DNA of 49,074 nucleotides, taken from IMG/VR virus record IMGVR_UViG_3300021066_000004, positions 1 through 49,074 of that record, one strand, 5' to 3'. Each line of letters opens with the position of its first letter. Within the stretch, counting starts at the first letter, position 1. The DNA is from a virus. Lineage: Duplodnaviria; Caudoviricetes. Shown piece after piece: positions 25,087 through 33,650 of the stretch. Both the position numbers and the translations under genes were made by a program. The notes under the pieces were generated by a model that was given only the letters and a program-made list of their open reading frames with translations, ran no database searches and was not told the DNA's origin.

Positions 25087-25493
25087 GCATAGCTTGGCGC
25101 CATACCAGCAACGCCCTGCTCACTGAGCGCGGCTGGGAGTACGTGCCGTGTGTGATTCTTTCGCCGCGGCAAGTGCAAGTGATGAAAGCTATCGCGCGTC
25201 AAGCAGTTGAGGGCCGGCTACAGTGGGGCGCACTACAAAGCATTGCCAACGCGACGGGAATACCACGCAAGCAACTGTGGAACCTAACCTTGACCCTTCG
25301 CAAGAAGTTCGGCGTCCACAATCGGCACCAGCTCATCCCGATCGCGAAACAGCTTTCCAAGAACGTTGGAGGGCGTGGCAGATACAGTAACCGGGCGTCT
25401 ACGACTGCAGGGGTGCACGCGATTGGAGCGAGCACCAACAACCCCGCAAGAGAGGCTTTGCACCCCGGAACTGCCCCGAGCCGCGCCCTCTGA
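25083..25493 (+). CDS. LuxR-like HTH protein with low-complexity tail
   Basis: LSPRQVQVM...IA..TGI...LRKKFGV.NR.QL. Confidence 0.6.
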   Translation: MSIAWRHTSNALLTERGWEYVPCVILSPRQVQVMKAIARQAVEGRLQWGALQSIANATGIPRKQLWNLTLTLRKKFGVHNRHQLIPIAKQLSKNVGGRGRYSNRASTTAGVHAIGASTNNPAREALHPGTAPSRAL

Positions 25494-25522
25494 CCCCTTT
25501 TGATAACAACGGAGATTTGACG

Positions 25523-25921
25523 ATGTACAACCAAGCTTTTCAAGGTCCCGGCCAGTCTTTCCAAGGTCAGGGCCAGGCAGTGGCAGGCGGCGGATCTTTA
25601 GTGGGCCATCAATTACTGATTCAGCAGAAGTTAGCGTCTGACTGCAATACACCGGCTGTGCCGACTCTGGTGGCCGATACCGCACGCGATATCAATGATC
25701 GTGCCCGCCATCTGCACGGATTGGTAGACCGCATAGAGCGGGTCGCGAGGCGCATTTTCGGAGCCTCGCCGCCAGAGGCAACAGAGCCGCCAGAGGCAAC
25801 AGCCGGTCCTAATTCAATCGAGCAGGATTGTGATTTAGCGCGCCTGCAATCGAGCAAGATGCTATTGGATCTTGCCATTGAGCGCCTGGAGCATCAGGTG
25901 CGCCGTGTTGAGCAGTTCTGA
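25523..25921 (+). CDS. Hypothetical protein
   Basis: GGAGA SD. Confidence 0.55.
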   Translation: MYNQAFQGPGQSFQGQGQAVAGGGSLVGHQLLIQQKLASDCNTPAVPTLVADTARDINDRARHLHGLVDRIERVARRIFGASPPEATEPPEATAGPNSIEQDCDLARLQSSKMLLDLAIERLEHQVRRVEQF

Positions 25922-25931
25922 GGGATACAAC

Positions 25932-26276
25932 ATGCACCGCCCCCTAATTCAGCTCGCCATCGCCGCAACCCTGACCATCCTGTCTGCTGTGGTTGCCAGC
26001 CAGGAGGAGCACCCAGCCTTCGGCACTCAGCACACCTCCACGCTGGTGGTCGAGAGTCAGGTATCTGACATCGTCAAGCTCGAGGCCAAGGCTGTGGACG
26101 TGCTGCGCGCCAAGTACGGACTGACACTGGATGAGGCCAGGGCAAAGGTCAGGGTAGACGGCAAGACTGATGTGGCCAGGTGTTTGGAGTACGTGATCAT
26201 CAACGCGCTGGCCGGTATTGCCCAGGCTGAGGTGGTTGCGAGCGTGGTGGGAAATCAGCACCCGGAGGCGCAGTGA
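25932..26276 (+). CDS. Secreted or membrane-anchored hypothetical protein
   Basis: N-terminal hydrophobic signal. Confidence 0.55.
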   Translation: MHRPLIQLAIAATLTILSAVVASQEEHPAFGTQHTSTLVVESQVSDIVKLEAKAVDVLRAKYGLTLDEARAKVRVDGKTDVARCLEYVIINALAGIAQAEVVASVVGNQHPEAQ

Positions 26277-26375
26277 AGGCCGTCATTGGCACGCTGATCG
26301 TACTGGCCATACTCGGTGCAGCTTTCTTTGCATGGGTTGGCTGGAGGGTCGACAAGCTCGAAAGGGAGGCCGGCG

Positions 26376-26567
26376 ATGCTCAAGATTGGTGACACCGTTC
26401 GCGTTGATTCTAGGGGCAGGAGTAACGACGGCTTTGTTGGCGTCGTCGTTTCCGAGGCGCAAGGGCCAGAGGGGCTTTGGGATGTCGAATTCCAAGGTGC
26501 TCCATACCCGTACGGTTCGTACCCGATGCGGGAGCTGAAACGCGTATCCACAGAGAATCAACAATGA
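26376..26567 (+). CDS. Small SH3/KOW-like protein
   Basis: KIGDTVRV...G.V; GGAGG SD. Confidence 0.55.
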   Translation: MLKIGDTVRVDSRGRSNDGFVGVVVSEAQGPEGLWDVEFQGAPYPYGSYPMRELKRVSTENQQ

Positions 26568-27043
26568 GTGACATGCCTGAGCGGCTCATGACAATGAGCG
26601 CTGGGCGTGCGCTCAGCTTTGATTTCATCCCTGGCGGCGGGAAGCCCGAGTGGACCCCCGAAGACGCAGCTATGGCCTGCCAGGGCCTCGACAAACGACG
26701 CTACGCAGCCTTCGCCTATCGGTGGGCATCAGACCGCAGCCTGTACTCGACGCTGTATGGCGCGCTGCTCAATGAGACTGCGGCAATGGCTGAGCGGGAG
26801 CGCTGGCCGACCAGGACACAGGCAGGCGATAGGTATCTAGACAAGCTCGTGCGCCTGTCGCTGTTCGAGGAGCATCACTGGCTGGTGGGCCATGCCCGGA
26901 TCTGGCCGGCGATCATCGAGGTGAGCCAGGAAACTTGGGACCGCGAGCTGTCCAGGCGCTACGAGGGCGTGCGGATGATATTGGAGAGCTGGTGCACGGA
27001 CGCTCATTCCCATGCGATGCGGTGGATACGGGAGACGGCATGA
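26564..27043 (+). CDS. Putative late antiterminator (Q-like)
   Basis: Last early gene before a promoter-terminator pair; GG.P..T..D.A.A and W...Y patterns; mainly positional. Confidence 0.55.
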   Translation: MSDMPERLMTMSAGRALSFDFIPGGGKPEWTPEDAAMACQGLDKRRYAAFAYRWASDRSLYSTLYGALLNETAAMAERERWPTRTQAGDRYLDKLVRLSLFEEHHWLVGHARIWPAIIEVSQETWDRELSRRYEGVRMILESWCTDAHSHAMRWIRETA

Positions 27044-27061
27044 CAGTGTTAAACTCGCCCC

Positions 27062-27200
27062 GGGAGATGGCTTAGGCCTGCTAAGGTGGGTGCAGAAATG
27101 CACCAGTCGTCTGATGGTGTATGAGCCGGGGCTGCCCACCCGGTTCCCGAAAGGGAGAAGCCACAGAAGCGCGGCTAAGGGCGGTCGCCTCCCTGCTTTT
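27062..27200 (+). ncRNA. Candidate structured small RNA
   Basis: TGnTAAACT upstream, paired ends, two GAAA-capped hairpins, T-run at end. Confidence 0.5.
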
Positions 27201-27243
27201 AAAGTTTGCAGAGGTTGTTTGAGACCGCTTAGCAATCATGCGC

Positions 27244-27272
27244 TTGCAATAACATTCGAAAACTGTCAGAGT
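27244..27272 (+). promoter_or_regulatory. Putative late promoter (pR'-like)
   Basis: TTGCAA-N17-CAGAGT with TG extension, followed by a terminator. Confidence 0.45.
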
Positions 27273-27305
27273 TCCGCTCGGACAACTGTCTCTATCGATT
27301 TCATA

Positions 27306-27333
27306 GCCCCGCCAAGTGCGGGGTTTTTCATTT
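27306..27333 (+). terminator. tR'-like intrinsic terminator
   Basis: GCCCCGC-caagt-GCGGGGT-TTTT. Confidence 0.75.
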
Positions 27334-27597
27334 ATGGCCACAGAGATCGAGAACACCAACGCCACCTCAGACGTTCCCACGAACAACGAGATCTGCGACC
27401 GCACCGGCTTTCGGGTACCGCGTGGGCATCTAGTACGGCAGTGGGACGGCCTTATGGTCAGGCGTGAGTCATGGGAGCGCCGCCACCCGCAGGACTTTGT
27501 CCGCGCCACCTCAGATCGCCAGAGGGGCAGCCCCAGGCCTGAGCAGACGGACACGTTTATTGCGGATAACGACCAGGTCCAGCTGAGCGAACTGTGA
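27334..27597 (+). CDS. Conserved phage late protein
   Basis: ICDRTGF...L.RQWDGLMV...WE.RHPQDF. Confidence 0.75.
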   Translation: MATEIENTNATSDVPTNNEICDRTGFRVPRGHLVRQWDGLMVRRESWERRHPQDFVRATSDRQRGSPRPEQTDTFIADNDQVQLSEL

Positions 27598-27622
27598 ATC
27601 CAGAGCTCTACGAGTCACCTCC

Positions 27623-28042
27623 ATCACTACCATAGCCTGGGATGGCCGCACGCTCGCGGCAGATACCAGGGCCACTACAGGCGGCATGCCGTATCGCTTA
27701 AACAAGGCATACCGACTTAAGGATGGACGTCTGTACGCAGGTAGTGGCAACGCTGAGGATTGCGCGGCTGTTCGTATATGGCTAGAGAGCGGCGGTGAGA
27801 AGCCGAAGATCGAGAATTACGCTGGCATTGTCATCGGCGCAGATGGCAGCATCTGGCGCTATGAGGACAAGCTAGTCCCACTTCATGTCAGCGGCCCATT
27901 CCACGCGACTGGCTCAGGGCGAGATTACGCCATGGCCGCAATGCACATGGGCAAGAGCGCGAGAGAGGCTGTTGAGCTCGCGTGTGTCTATGACATCTAT
28001 ACCGGTGGGCCGATCACCGAGATCACGTTGGGTCATGACTAG
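27623..28042 (+). CDS. Ntn-hydrolase (proteasome beta/HslV-like) protein without a canonical start
   Basis: TTIAWDG.TLAAD, AGSG, ATGSG..YA.AAM, A.EAV..A...D..TGG; ATC precedes TTIA. Confidence 0.7.
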   Translation: MTTIAWDGRTLAADTRATTGGMPYRLNKAYRLKDGRLYAGSGNAEDCAAVRIWLESGGEKPKIENYAGIVIGADGSIWRYEDKLVPLHVSGPFHATGSGRDYAMAAMHMGKSAREAVELACVYDIYTGGPITEITLGHD

Positions 28043-28379
28043 TAATATCGCCATTGCCCAGCTCACCGGCGAGCACCTCACGGAAACCGAATACAGGGCA
28101 GAGCAGATAATGCGGCTGGAGCGACAGGCACGAGAGCAGGACATGGCCATACGGCGTGCTCAGCTCGACTGCGAGGCGCAAGAGAGACAAGCCAGATTAC
28201 TGGCATGGGCGATCTTCCTGAAGATGCAGTCAGAGGTTATCCGTGGCATGTGTGAGGCACGTCCTCACCAATCAAAGGGCAAAACCAACCCCCAAGTACG
28301 GGCCGGTCGACTGACTCAATGGCTCGCTAAGGGCCGAAGATTGGTTAAGCAATGGGTATCCGGCGAATCTGGTCAGTAA
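28035..28379 (+). CDS. Hypothetical protein
   Basis: Overlapping start; coiled coil. Confidence 0.45.
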   Translation: MTSNIAIAQLTGEHLTETEYRAEQIMRLERQAREQDMAIRRAQLDCEAQERQARLLAWAIFLKMQSEVIRGMCEARPHQSKGKTNPQVRAGRLTQWLAKGRRLVKQWVSGESGQ

Positions 28380-28487
28380 AATCGGGGCCGATTTTGGTGA
28401 ATTCTGGACGCTTGGCGTGGTTTGTCTCGGTTTTCTCGGGCGTCTATCTCGCAATCGTCCAGCTTGTGCGCGGGGCTCGCGCAAGCC

Positions 28488-28516
28488 ATGGCGCATAATT
28501 ACGGATTACGTTAAAC
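28488..28516 (+). other. XerC/XerD dif-like site
   Basis: ATGGCGCATAA-TTACGGA-TTACGTTAAAC versus E. coli dif GGTGCGCATAA-TGTATA-TTATGTTAAAT. Confidence 0.7.
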
Positions 28517-28784
28517 GGCTATTTAGGTCTGTTCTTTAGCACAATCAACCACATCCGCCAGTATCTTGATGCCTGACATGGGATTTCAGGTGATTTCGAG
28601 CGCCGAAACCTGCAGGCAGATCTAGCAGATCATGTCAAGCGTGGCGTGCATCCAGCCCCAGATTTCCCAGGATTTCGGCCGTATGGGTCCCTTTCCGCCC
28701 CCGGGGGCAGGGGCAAATTCTGTTGGGGCAAAAGTATGCATAACCCCCCTTCGAAAACCGCTGAACCGTAAAGGAGCGTTTGCC

Positions 28785-29300
28785 GTGTCTGATCGTCGCA
28801 AGGGCCAGCACTACAGTGACGAGCAGCGTGAAGAGGCTGTGCGTGCGTACCTAGCCTTGGGTAGCTACGAGAAGGCAGCGCAGGTAGTGGGTATGACGAA
28901 GGAGGCGATTGCCGTGTGGCGGCACCGTCACCCGGATCAGTGGGAGGAGATCGTCCAGAAGGTCCAGTGTCAGATGGAGGAGCAGTACCGTGCCGGGTGG
29001 CGTGGCGTTCTCTCCAATGCCCTGGATGTGATGCAGGATCGGCTAGCGAATGGGAATCACAAGCCGGTGCGCGGCGAGGATGGCGAGTACAAGATGCTGC
29101 GGGTCCCGGTCGAGGCTAAGGACGCCATCGTGATTGCCGGCATTGCGGCGGACAAGCTGCGGGTGTCTCTGGGCCTACCGAACCGCATCACGGGGAAGGT
29201 TCAGGACAACGACCGGCTGGAGGAGCTGCGGAAGCTCGCGGCTGCCAGTCGTGCGGCTCGGGACAAGAGTGAGCCGTCGGATCCGCCGACGATTCAGTGA
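28785..29300 (+). CDS. Terminase small subunit (putative)
   Basis: AAGGAG SD, N-terminal HTH (YSDEQREEAV), upstream of terL. Confidence 0.7.
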   Translation: MSDRRKGQHYSDEQREEAVRAYLALGSYEKAAQVVGMTKEAIAVWRHRHPDQWEEIVQKVQCQMEEQYRAGWRGVLSNALDVMQDRLANGNHKPVRGEDGEYKMLRVPVEAKDAIVIAGIAADKLRVSLGLPNRITGKVQDNDRLEELRKLAAASRAARDKSEPSDPPTIQ

Positions 29301-29318
29301 AGAGAATGGCGGGCCTAG

Positions 29319-29445
29319 GTCCTCAGTTATTCCCCAGCATGGAGGACTCCGCGGGACGGCAGTTGCCGTTTCTGCTTGCGCTTCGTCAGCCGCTGAAAGT
29401 GCTGGGCCAGATGTTGCCGTGTCAGCCCGCCTGGGCAACCCACGG
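29319..29445 (-). ncRNA. Type I hammerhead-ribozyme-like RNA
   Basis: Minus strand GCGG-CUGACGA-AGCGCAAGCA-GAAA-CGGCAACUGCCG-UC-CCGC. Confidence 0.7.
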
Positions 29446-29461
29446 ACAGCCATAGTACCAC

Positions 29462-30976
29462 GTGTCCATCCCATTCCTCACCGCCGCCGATTGGGACATG
29501 GCGGATGTGGTGTGGGGTTTCAGCGAGAAGTATCTAAGGTCGCGCTACGACGAGCCTAAGCCGGTTCCAGACGTCCACCGGGAATGGTGGGCGCTGTGCA
29601 TGTCTGACTATCCGCAGGTGGCCATAGCGGCGCCTCGTGGTCACGCCAAATCAACGGCGGTGACGTTCGCATACGTGGTTTTCATCCTGCTGGAGCGCGC
29701 CTCCAAGCATCTCTTGCTGCTGGGTAGCAACGAGGAGCTGGCGGCCGCGTTCCTGAAAGAGATCACGACCGAGCTGAACGAGAACGAGGACCTCCGTCGG
29801 GACTACCGCATCGTTCGGTTCATCAAGGAGACCGAGACCGAGATTGTCGTGGAACTGGGCGGCGGGTACCGGTTCCGTGTGATCGCGAAGGGCGCCGGCC
29901 AGCGCATGCGCGGCCTGAAGTGGGAGCGCAAGCGTCCCGATACCGTGATCGCCGATGACATGGAAGACGAGGAGATGGTTGCAAGTGAGCTGCGCCGTGA
30001 CAAGTTCCGGCAGTGGTTCTACGGCACCGTCAGGCCGATCATGCGCTCGGGTGGGCGCATCCGGATCGTGGGCACCATCATCGGGTATGACTCGATGCTC
30101 GAGCGCGCCATGCCCTCGACAAAGGATCCCGGGACGGTTGTGGAGTCGCTGCGGATCTATCCGAAGGCGCCCAAGGCATGGGCATCGGTCAAGTACCGCG
30201 CGCACAACGAGGACCTGAGTCAGGTCTTGTGGCCGGAGCAGTGCAACGCGGAGCGGCTGAAGACCATCCGTGCCGAATACGCCGCGATGGGCATGCTGGA
30301 CATCTACGGCCAGGAATACCTGAACGACCCCGTGGACAAGACCACGGCGTACTTTCGGCAGCAGGACTTCTTGGCGATGCGCCCGCAGGACAAGGAGACC
30401 CGGAAGTCCTACTACGTCGGTATTGACCTCGCGATCGGCGAGAACGAGCGCAATGCCTATACCGTGATGGTTGTGGGCGGGATGGATTCGGAGGGGACCC
30501 TCCACATCGTGGACGTGCGCAGGGACCGCATCGATGGCCTGCAGATCATCAACGAGATGTTCTCGATCCAAGAGCGCTGGTCGCCGGACGTGTTCCGCAG
30601 CGAGTCAGAGAACATCGAGAAGGCCATCGGGTCGTTTCTGTACCGCGAGATGGATGAGCGGCAGAAGTACCTGAACATCGACCCGAAGCCGCCGACCAAG
30701 GACAAGGACAAGCGTGCGCAGGCGATCCGAGCTCGTATGAGAGCCGGCAAGGTCCGCTTCGACAAAGAGGCGGATTGGTACGCCGACTTCGAAGAAGAGC
30801 TCACGAAGTACCCCAAGGCTCCGTTCAAGGACCAGGTAGACGCCTTCGCGTGGCTGGGTCTCATGTTGGAAGAGATGATCGAGCCCGCAACAGATCGACA
30901 GCTAGAGGAAGAGGAATACCAGCGTGAATACCAGGAGCACAGCGAAATGGGTCGCTGCGCTGTGACTGGTTACTAG
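29462..30976 (+). CDS. terL: Terminase large subunit
   Basis: Walker A APRGHAKST, IADDMED, VGT, GIDLA, DQVDA nuclease motif. Confidence 0.95.
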   Translation: MSIPFLTAADWDMADVVWGFSEKYLRSRYDEPKPVPDVHREWWALCMSDYPQVAIAAPRGHAKSTAVTFAYVVFILLERASKHLLLLGSNEELAAAFLKEITTELNENEDLRRDYRIVRFIKETETEIVVELGGGYRFRVIAKGAGQRMRGLKWERKRPDTVIADDMEDEEMVASELRRDKFRQWFYGTVRPIMRSGGRIRIVGTIIGYDSMLERAMPSTKDPGTVVESLRIYPKAPKAWASVKYRAHNEDLSQVLWPEQCNAERLKTIRAEYAAMGMLDIYGQEYLNDPVDKTTAYFRQQDFLAMRPQDKETRKSYYVGIDLAIGENERNAYTVMVVGGMDSEGTLHIVDVRRDRIDGLQIINEMFSIQERWSPDVFRSESENIEKAIGSFLYREMDERQKYLNIDPKPPTKDKDKRAQAIRARMRAGKVRFDKEADWYADFEEELTKYPKAPFKDQVDAFAWLGLMLEEMIEPATDRQLEEEEYQREYQEHSEMGRCAVTGY

Positions 30977-30985
30977 AGGTTAGAA

Positions 30986-31240
30986 ATGCAGAATTTTTAC
31001 TTCAACAGCGGGCCAATTGAAGACAAGCCCGACTTGATCTTGGCGGAAATCGAGAAGTGCTTTGCCCAGCTTGCTAGCGCCAAGGGAAAGTTCGGTTATC
31101 TGCGGCAGCCGCCAGAGATCTCGCGGGAGAAGTGTTACGAGTCGAATCGCATGATTGCCTGGGTAGTATGCCGAATTTCGATAAGCGATGACCCGCAAGA
31201 TTTTGTTGAGGAAGGCGGCGCCATGGCTCGTCAATCATGA
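30986..31240 (+). CDS. Hypothetical protein
   Basis: GAGGT SD; between terL and portal. Confidence 0.5.
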   Translation: MQNFYFNSGPIEDKPDLILAEIEKCFAQLASAKGKFGYLRQPPEISREKCYESNRMIAWVVCRISISDDPQDFVEEGGAMARQS

Positions 31241-31458
31241 GAGACCTGAACGAGGCCATCCGCAGCGGAAACCTGATCTCCGAGGTGCGAGCCCTTGGAG
31301 CCGATGAAGCCACCATTCAAAAGCCCCCGCACTCGCTTTCCGAGTGCCTCAAGGCTCTGAATGAGAGAGCCGAAGGCCAGGTGATCGGCAGACTTACCAA
31401 GCCTATGGAGCAATCGGTGCGCTACTACCTTCTCGAGCTGGCATTGATTCGCCGATGA
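31237..31458 (+). CDS. Hypothetical protein
   Basis: Coupled to portal. Confidence 0.5.
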   Translation: MRDLNEAIRSGNLISEVRALGADEATIQKPPHSLSECLKALNERAEGQVIGRLTKPMEQSVRYYLLELALIRR

Positions 31459-33650
31459 CCGACTACCCGCCGCTTAATCTACGTGAGATCGAGCAGGCAA
31501 AGAACGTGGAGCCCATGTTGGCTCCCGAGCAGTCTCAGGCGATCGGGCGCAACTGCGTTGAGGGGTACCTTGAGGACGAGCATAGCCGCGCCGAGTGGAA
31601 AAAGCGCATGGACGCGGCGATCAAGCTCGCCCTTCAGATGGTCGAGGAGAAATCCACGCCATGGCCGAACGCCTCGAACGTCAAATTTCCGCTGGTCACG
31701 ATCGCGGCGCTCCAATTCAGCGCGCGGGCTTATCCGGCATTGGTCAAGGTACCGGATCTCGTCCACTACCGGGTGATGGGTCAGGACCAGGATGGCAGAA
31801 AGGCCTCCCGTGCCTCCCGTGTTGGACAACACATGTCCTTCCAGCTCCTGGACCAGGATGAGAACTGGGAGGAGGACACAGACCGCAAGTTCATCGTCCT
31901 GCCGATCGTCGGATGTGCGTTCAAAAAGACGTACTACGATGACGTCAGGAAGATCAATTGCTCGGCGTTAGTGCTGCCGCAGAACCTCTGCGTGAACTAC
32001 CACGCGAAGGAAATCGAGACCACCGAGCGCAAGACCGAGATTTTCGAGCTCTCACCGCGCCGGATTCGCGAACGCCAGTTGCTGGGCGTCTATTCCGACA
32101 AGGAACTGGGCCATACGCAGATCAAGCCCAACACGCTCACCGACCAGCGCCAGGGAATCACCCCGCCGCCGGCCAGCAAGAGCACGCCGCGGACGCTCCT
32201 CGAGCAGCATTGCTTCCTGGACCTCGACGGCGATGGCTACGAAGAGCCCTACGTGGTCACAGTCGACCAGGACAGCATGAAGGTGCTGCGCATCGTGGCG
32301 CGCTTCTCCAAAGTCACCACCGAGCAGTCCCTTGCAGCGGATCAGGCCAAGCAGCAGCACTTCCTGATCATGATGCAGGTGCAGGAATTGCAGATGCAGG
32401 CGCAGCAGGTCGCCTCGGCAGTACCGGAGCCCACAGGGCAGGAGACCGACGCAGATATCGCGGGATTGCGTGCGGTGAGCAGCCAGATCCAGCAAATAGA
32501 GGCGCAAATCCAGCCTCTGCTGCTGCAGCTCCAGGCCCTGGATGCCCAAATATCGCAACTGGAGAAATCAGACGCTGCCGAGCCCAAGGTAATTGCAATC
32601 GAGCCGCTGGAGCACTACACCAAGTATGGTTTCATCCCTAGTCCGGACGGCGGATTCTATGACCTTGGACTCGGCGCCCTTCTGGGGCCGGTCAATAATT
32701 CGGTCAACACGCTCATCAATCAGCTGATCGACTCCGGGACCCTGCAAAACGGGTCATCCGGGTTCATCGGCAAGGGCGCGCGCATCGACGGCGGCGAATT
32801 GCGCTTCAAGCCGCACGAGTGGAAGCGCGTCAACGTTATGGGTTCGACGCTGCGTGACTCATTGGTCCCGCTGCCGGTGAATCAACCATCCCCCGTGCTG
32901 TTCCAGCTGCTTTCGTTGCTGATTCAGTACGGCGAGAAGATCTCGAGCGTGAACGAGATCATGAGCGGCAACAATCCCGGGCAGAACACCCCTGCGTACA
33001 ACATGCAGGCGATGTTGGAACAGGGCTTGCAGGTGTTCAACGGCATATTCAAGCGCCTGTATCGCTCCTTCCGCAAGGAACTGCGAAAGCTTTTCGTGTT
33101 GAACCGCCTCTACCTCTCGCCGGTTGAGTATTTCGAGTTCATGGACGCGCAGTGGTCTGTGATGCGCGATGACTACAACGGCGATGAGAAGGACGTCAAG
33201 CCAGCCGCGGACCCCAATGCGTTCTCCAACATGCAAAACATGATGAAGGCGCAGTTTTTGGCACAGAGAGCCGCCACGACGCCGGGATACAACATCGCGA
33301 AAGTCGAGACTCGTCTGCTAGAAGCCATGGACATCCCGGACCCAATGGAGGTTTTCCCATTGGATGAGGAAGGCAACCCAACCATTCCGCCGCCTGCCAA
33401 CCCGGAATTCGAGATACAGGCTGCCGAGGAGCAGCGGCGAGTGCTGGAATCTCAAGTTCGAAGCGATAACAGCACGCGACTTGCCCTTGCGCAGATAGAC
33501 AAGATTGAATTTGAGATGCTCCTGGAGGCTGAGAAGCTGAAGCAGTCTGGCGCTCAGATTCGGATAGAGGAATTTAACGCCATCACTGCCCGGCTGAAAG
33601 CGCAGCGCGAGGCGGTGGCGAAGAATCTCAAGCAGAAAGAGACAGCGTGA
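31455..33650 (+). CDS. Portal protein
   Basis: 731 aa after terL; PW..ASNV, G..FKK.YYD, NQLIDSGTL.N, C-terminal helical barrel. Confidence 0.9.
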   Translation: MTDYPPLNLREIEQAKNVEPMLAPEQSQAIGRNCVEGYLEDEHSRAEWKKRMDAAIKLALQMVEEKSTPWPNASNVKFPLVTIAALQFSARAYPALVKVPDLVHYRVMGQDQDGRKASRASRVGQHMSFQLLDQDENWEEDTDRKFIVLPIVGCAFKKTYYDDVRKINCSALVLPQNLCVNYHAKEIETTERKTEIFELSPRRIRERQLLGVYSDKELGHTQIKPNTLTDQRQGITPPPASKSTPRTLLEQHCFLDLDGDGYEEPYVVTVDQDSMKVLRIVARFSKVTTEQSLAADQAKQQHFLIMMQVQELQMQAQQVASAVPEPTGQETDADIAGLRAVSSQIQQIEAQIQPLLLQLQALDAQISQLEKSDAAEPKVIAIEPLEHYTKYGFIPSPDGGFYDLGLGALLGPVNNSVNTLINQLIDSGTLQNGSSGFIGKGARIDGGELRFKPHEWKRVNVMGSTLRDSLVPLPVNQPSPVLFQLLSLLIQYGEKISSVNEIMSGNNPGQNTPAYNMQAMLEQGLQVFNGIFKRLYRSFRKELRKLFVLNRLYLSPVEYFEFMDAQWSVMRDDYNGDEKDVKPAADPNAFSNMQNMMKAQFLAQRAATTPGYNIAKVETRLLEAMDIPDPMEVFPLDEEGNPTIPPPANPEFEIQAAEEQRRVLESQVRSDNSTRLALAQIDKIEFEMLLEAEKLKQSGAQIRIEEFNAITARLKAQREAVAKNLKQKETA

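Noticed and set aside
27123-27157. Group II intron domain V (GAGCCG...CGGTTC)
   Set aside because: The upper stem and tetraloop are missing, and there are no other intron domains or RT gene
29651-30571. Long antisense ORFs (also 36347-37126, 85-729, 40478-41023)
   Set aside because: Shadow frames of GC-rich genes with no motifs or ribosome-binding sites
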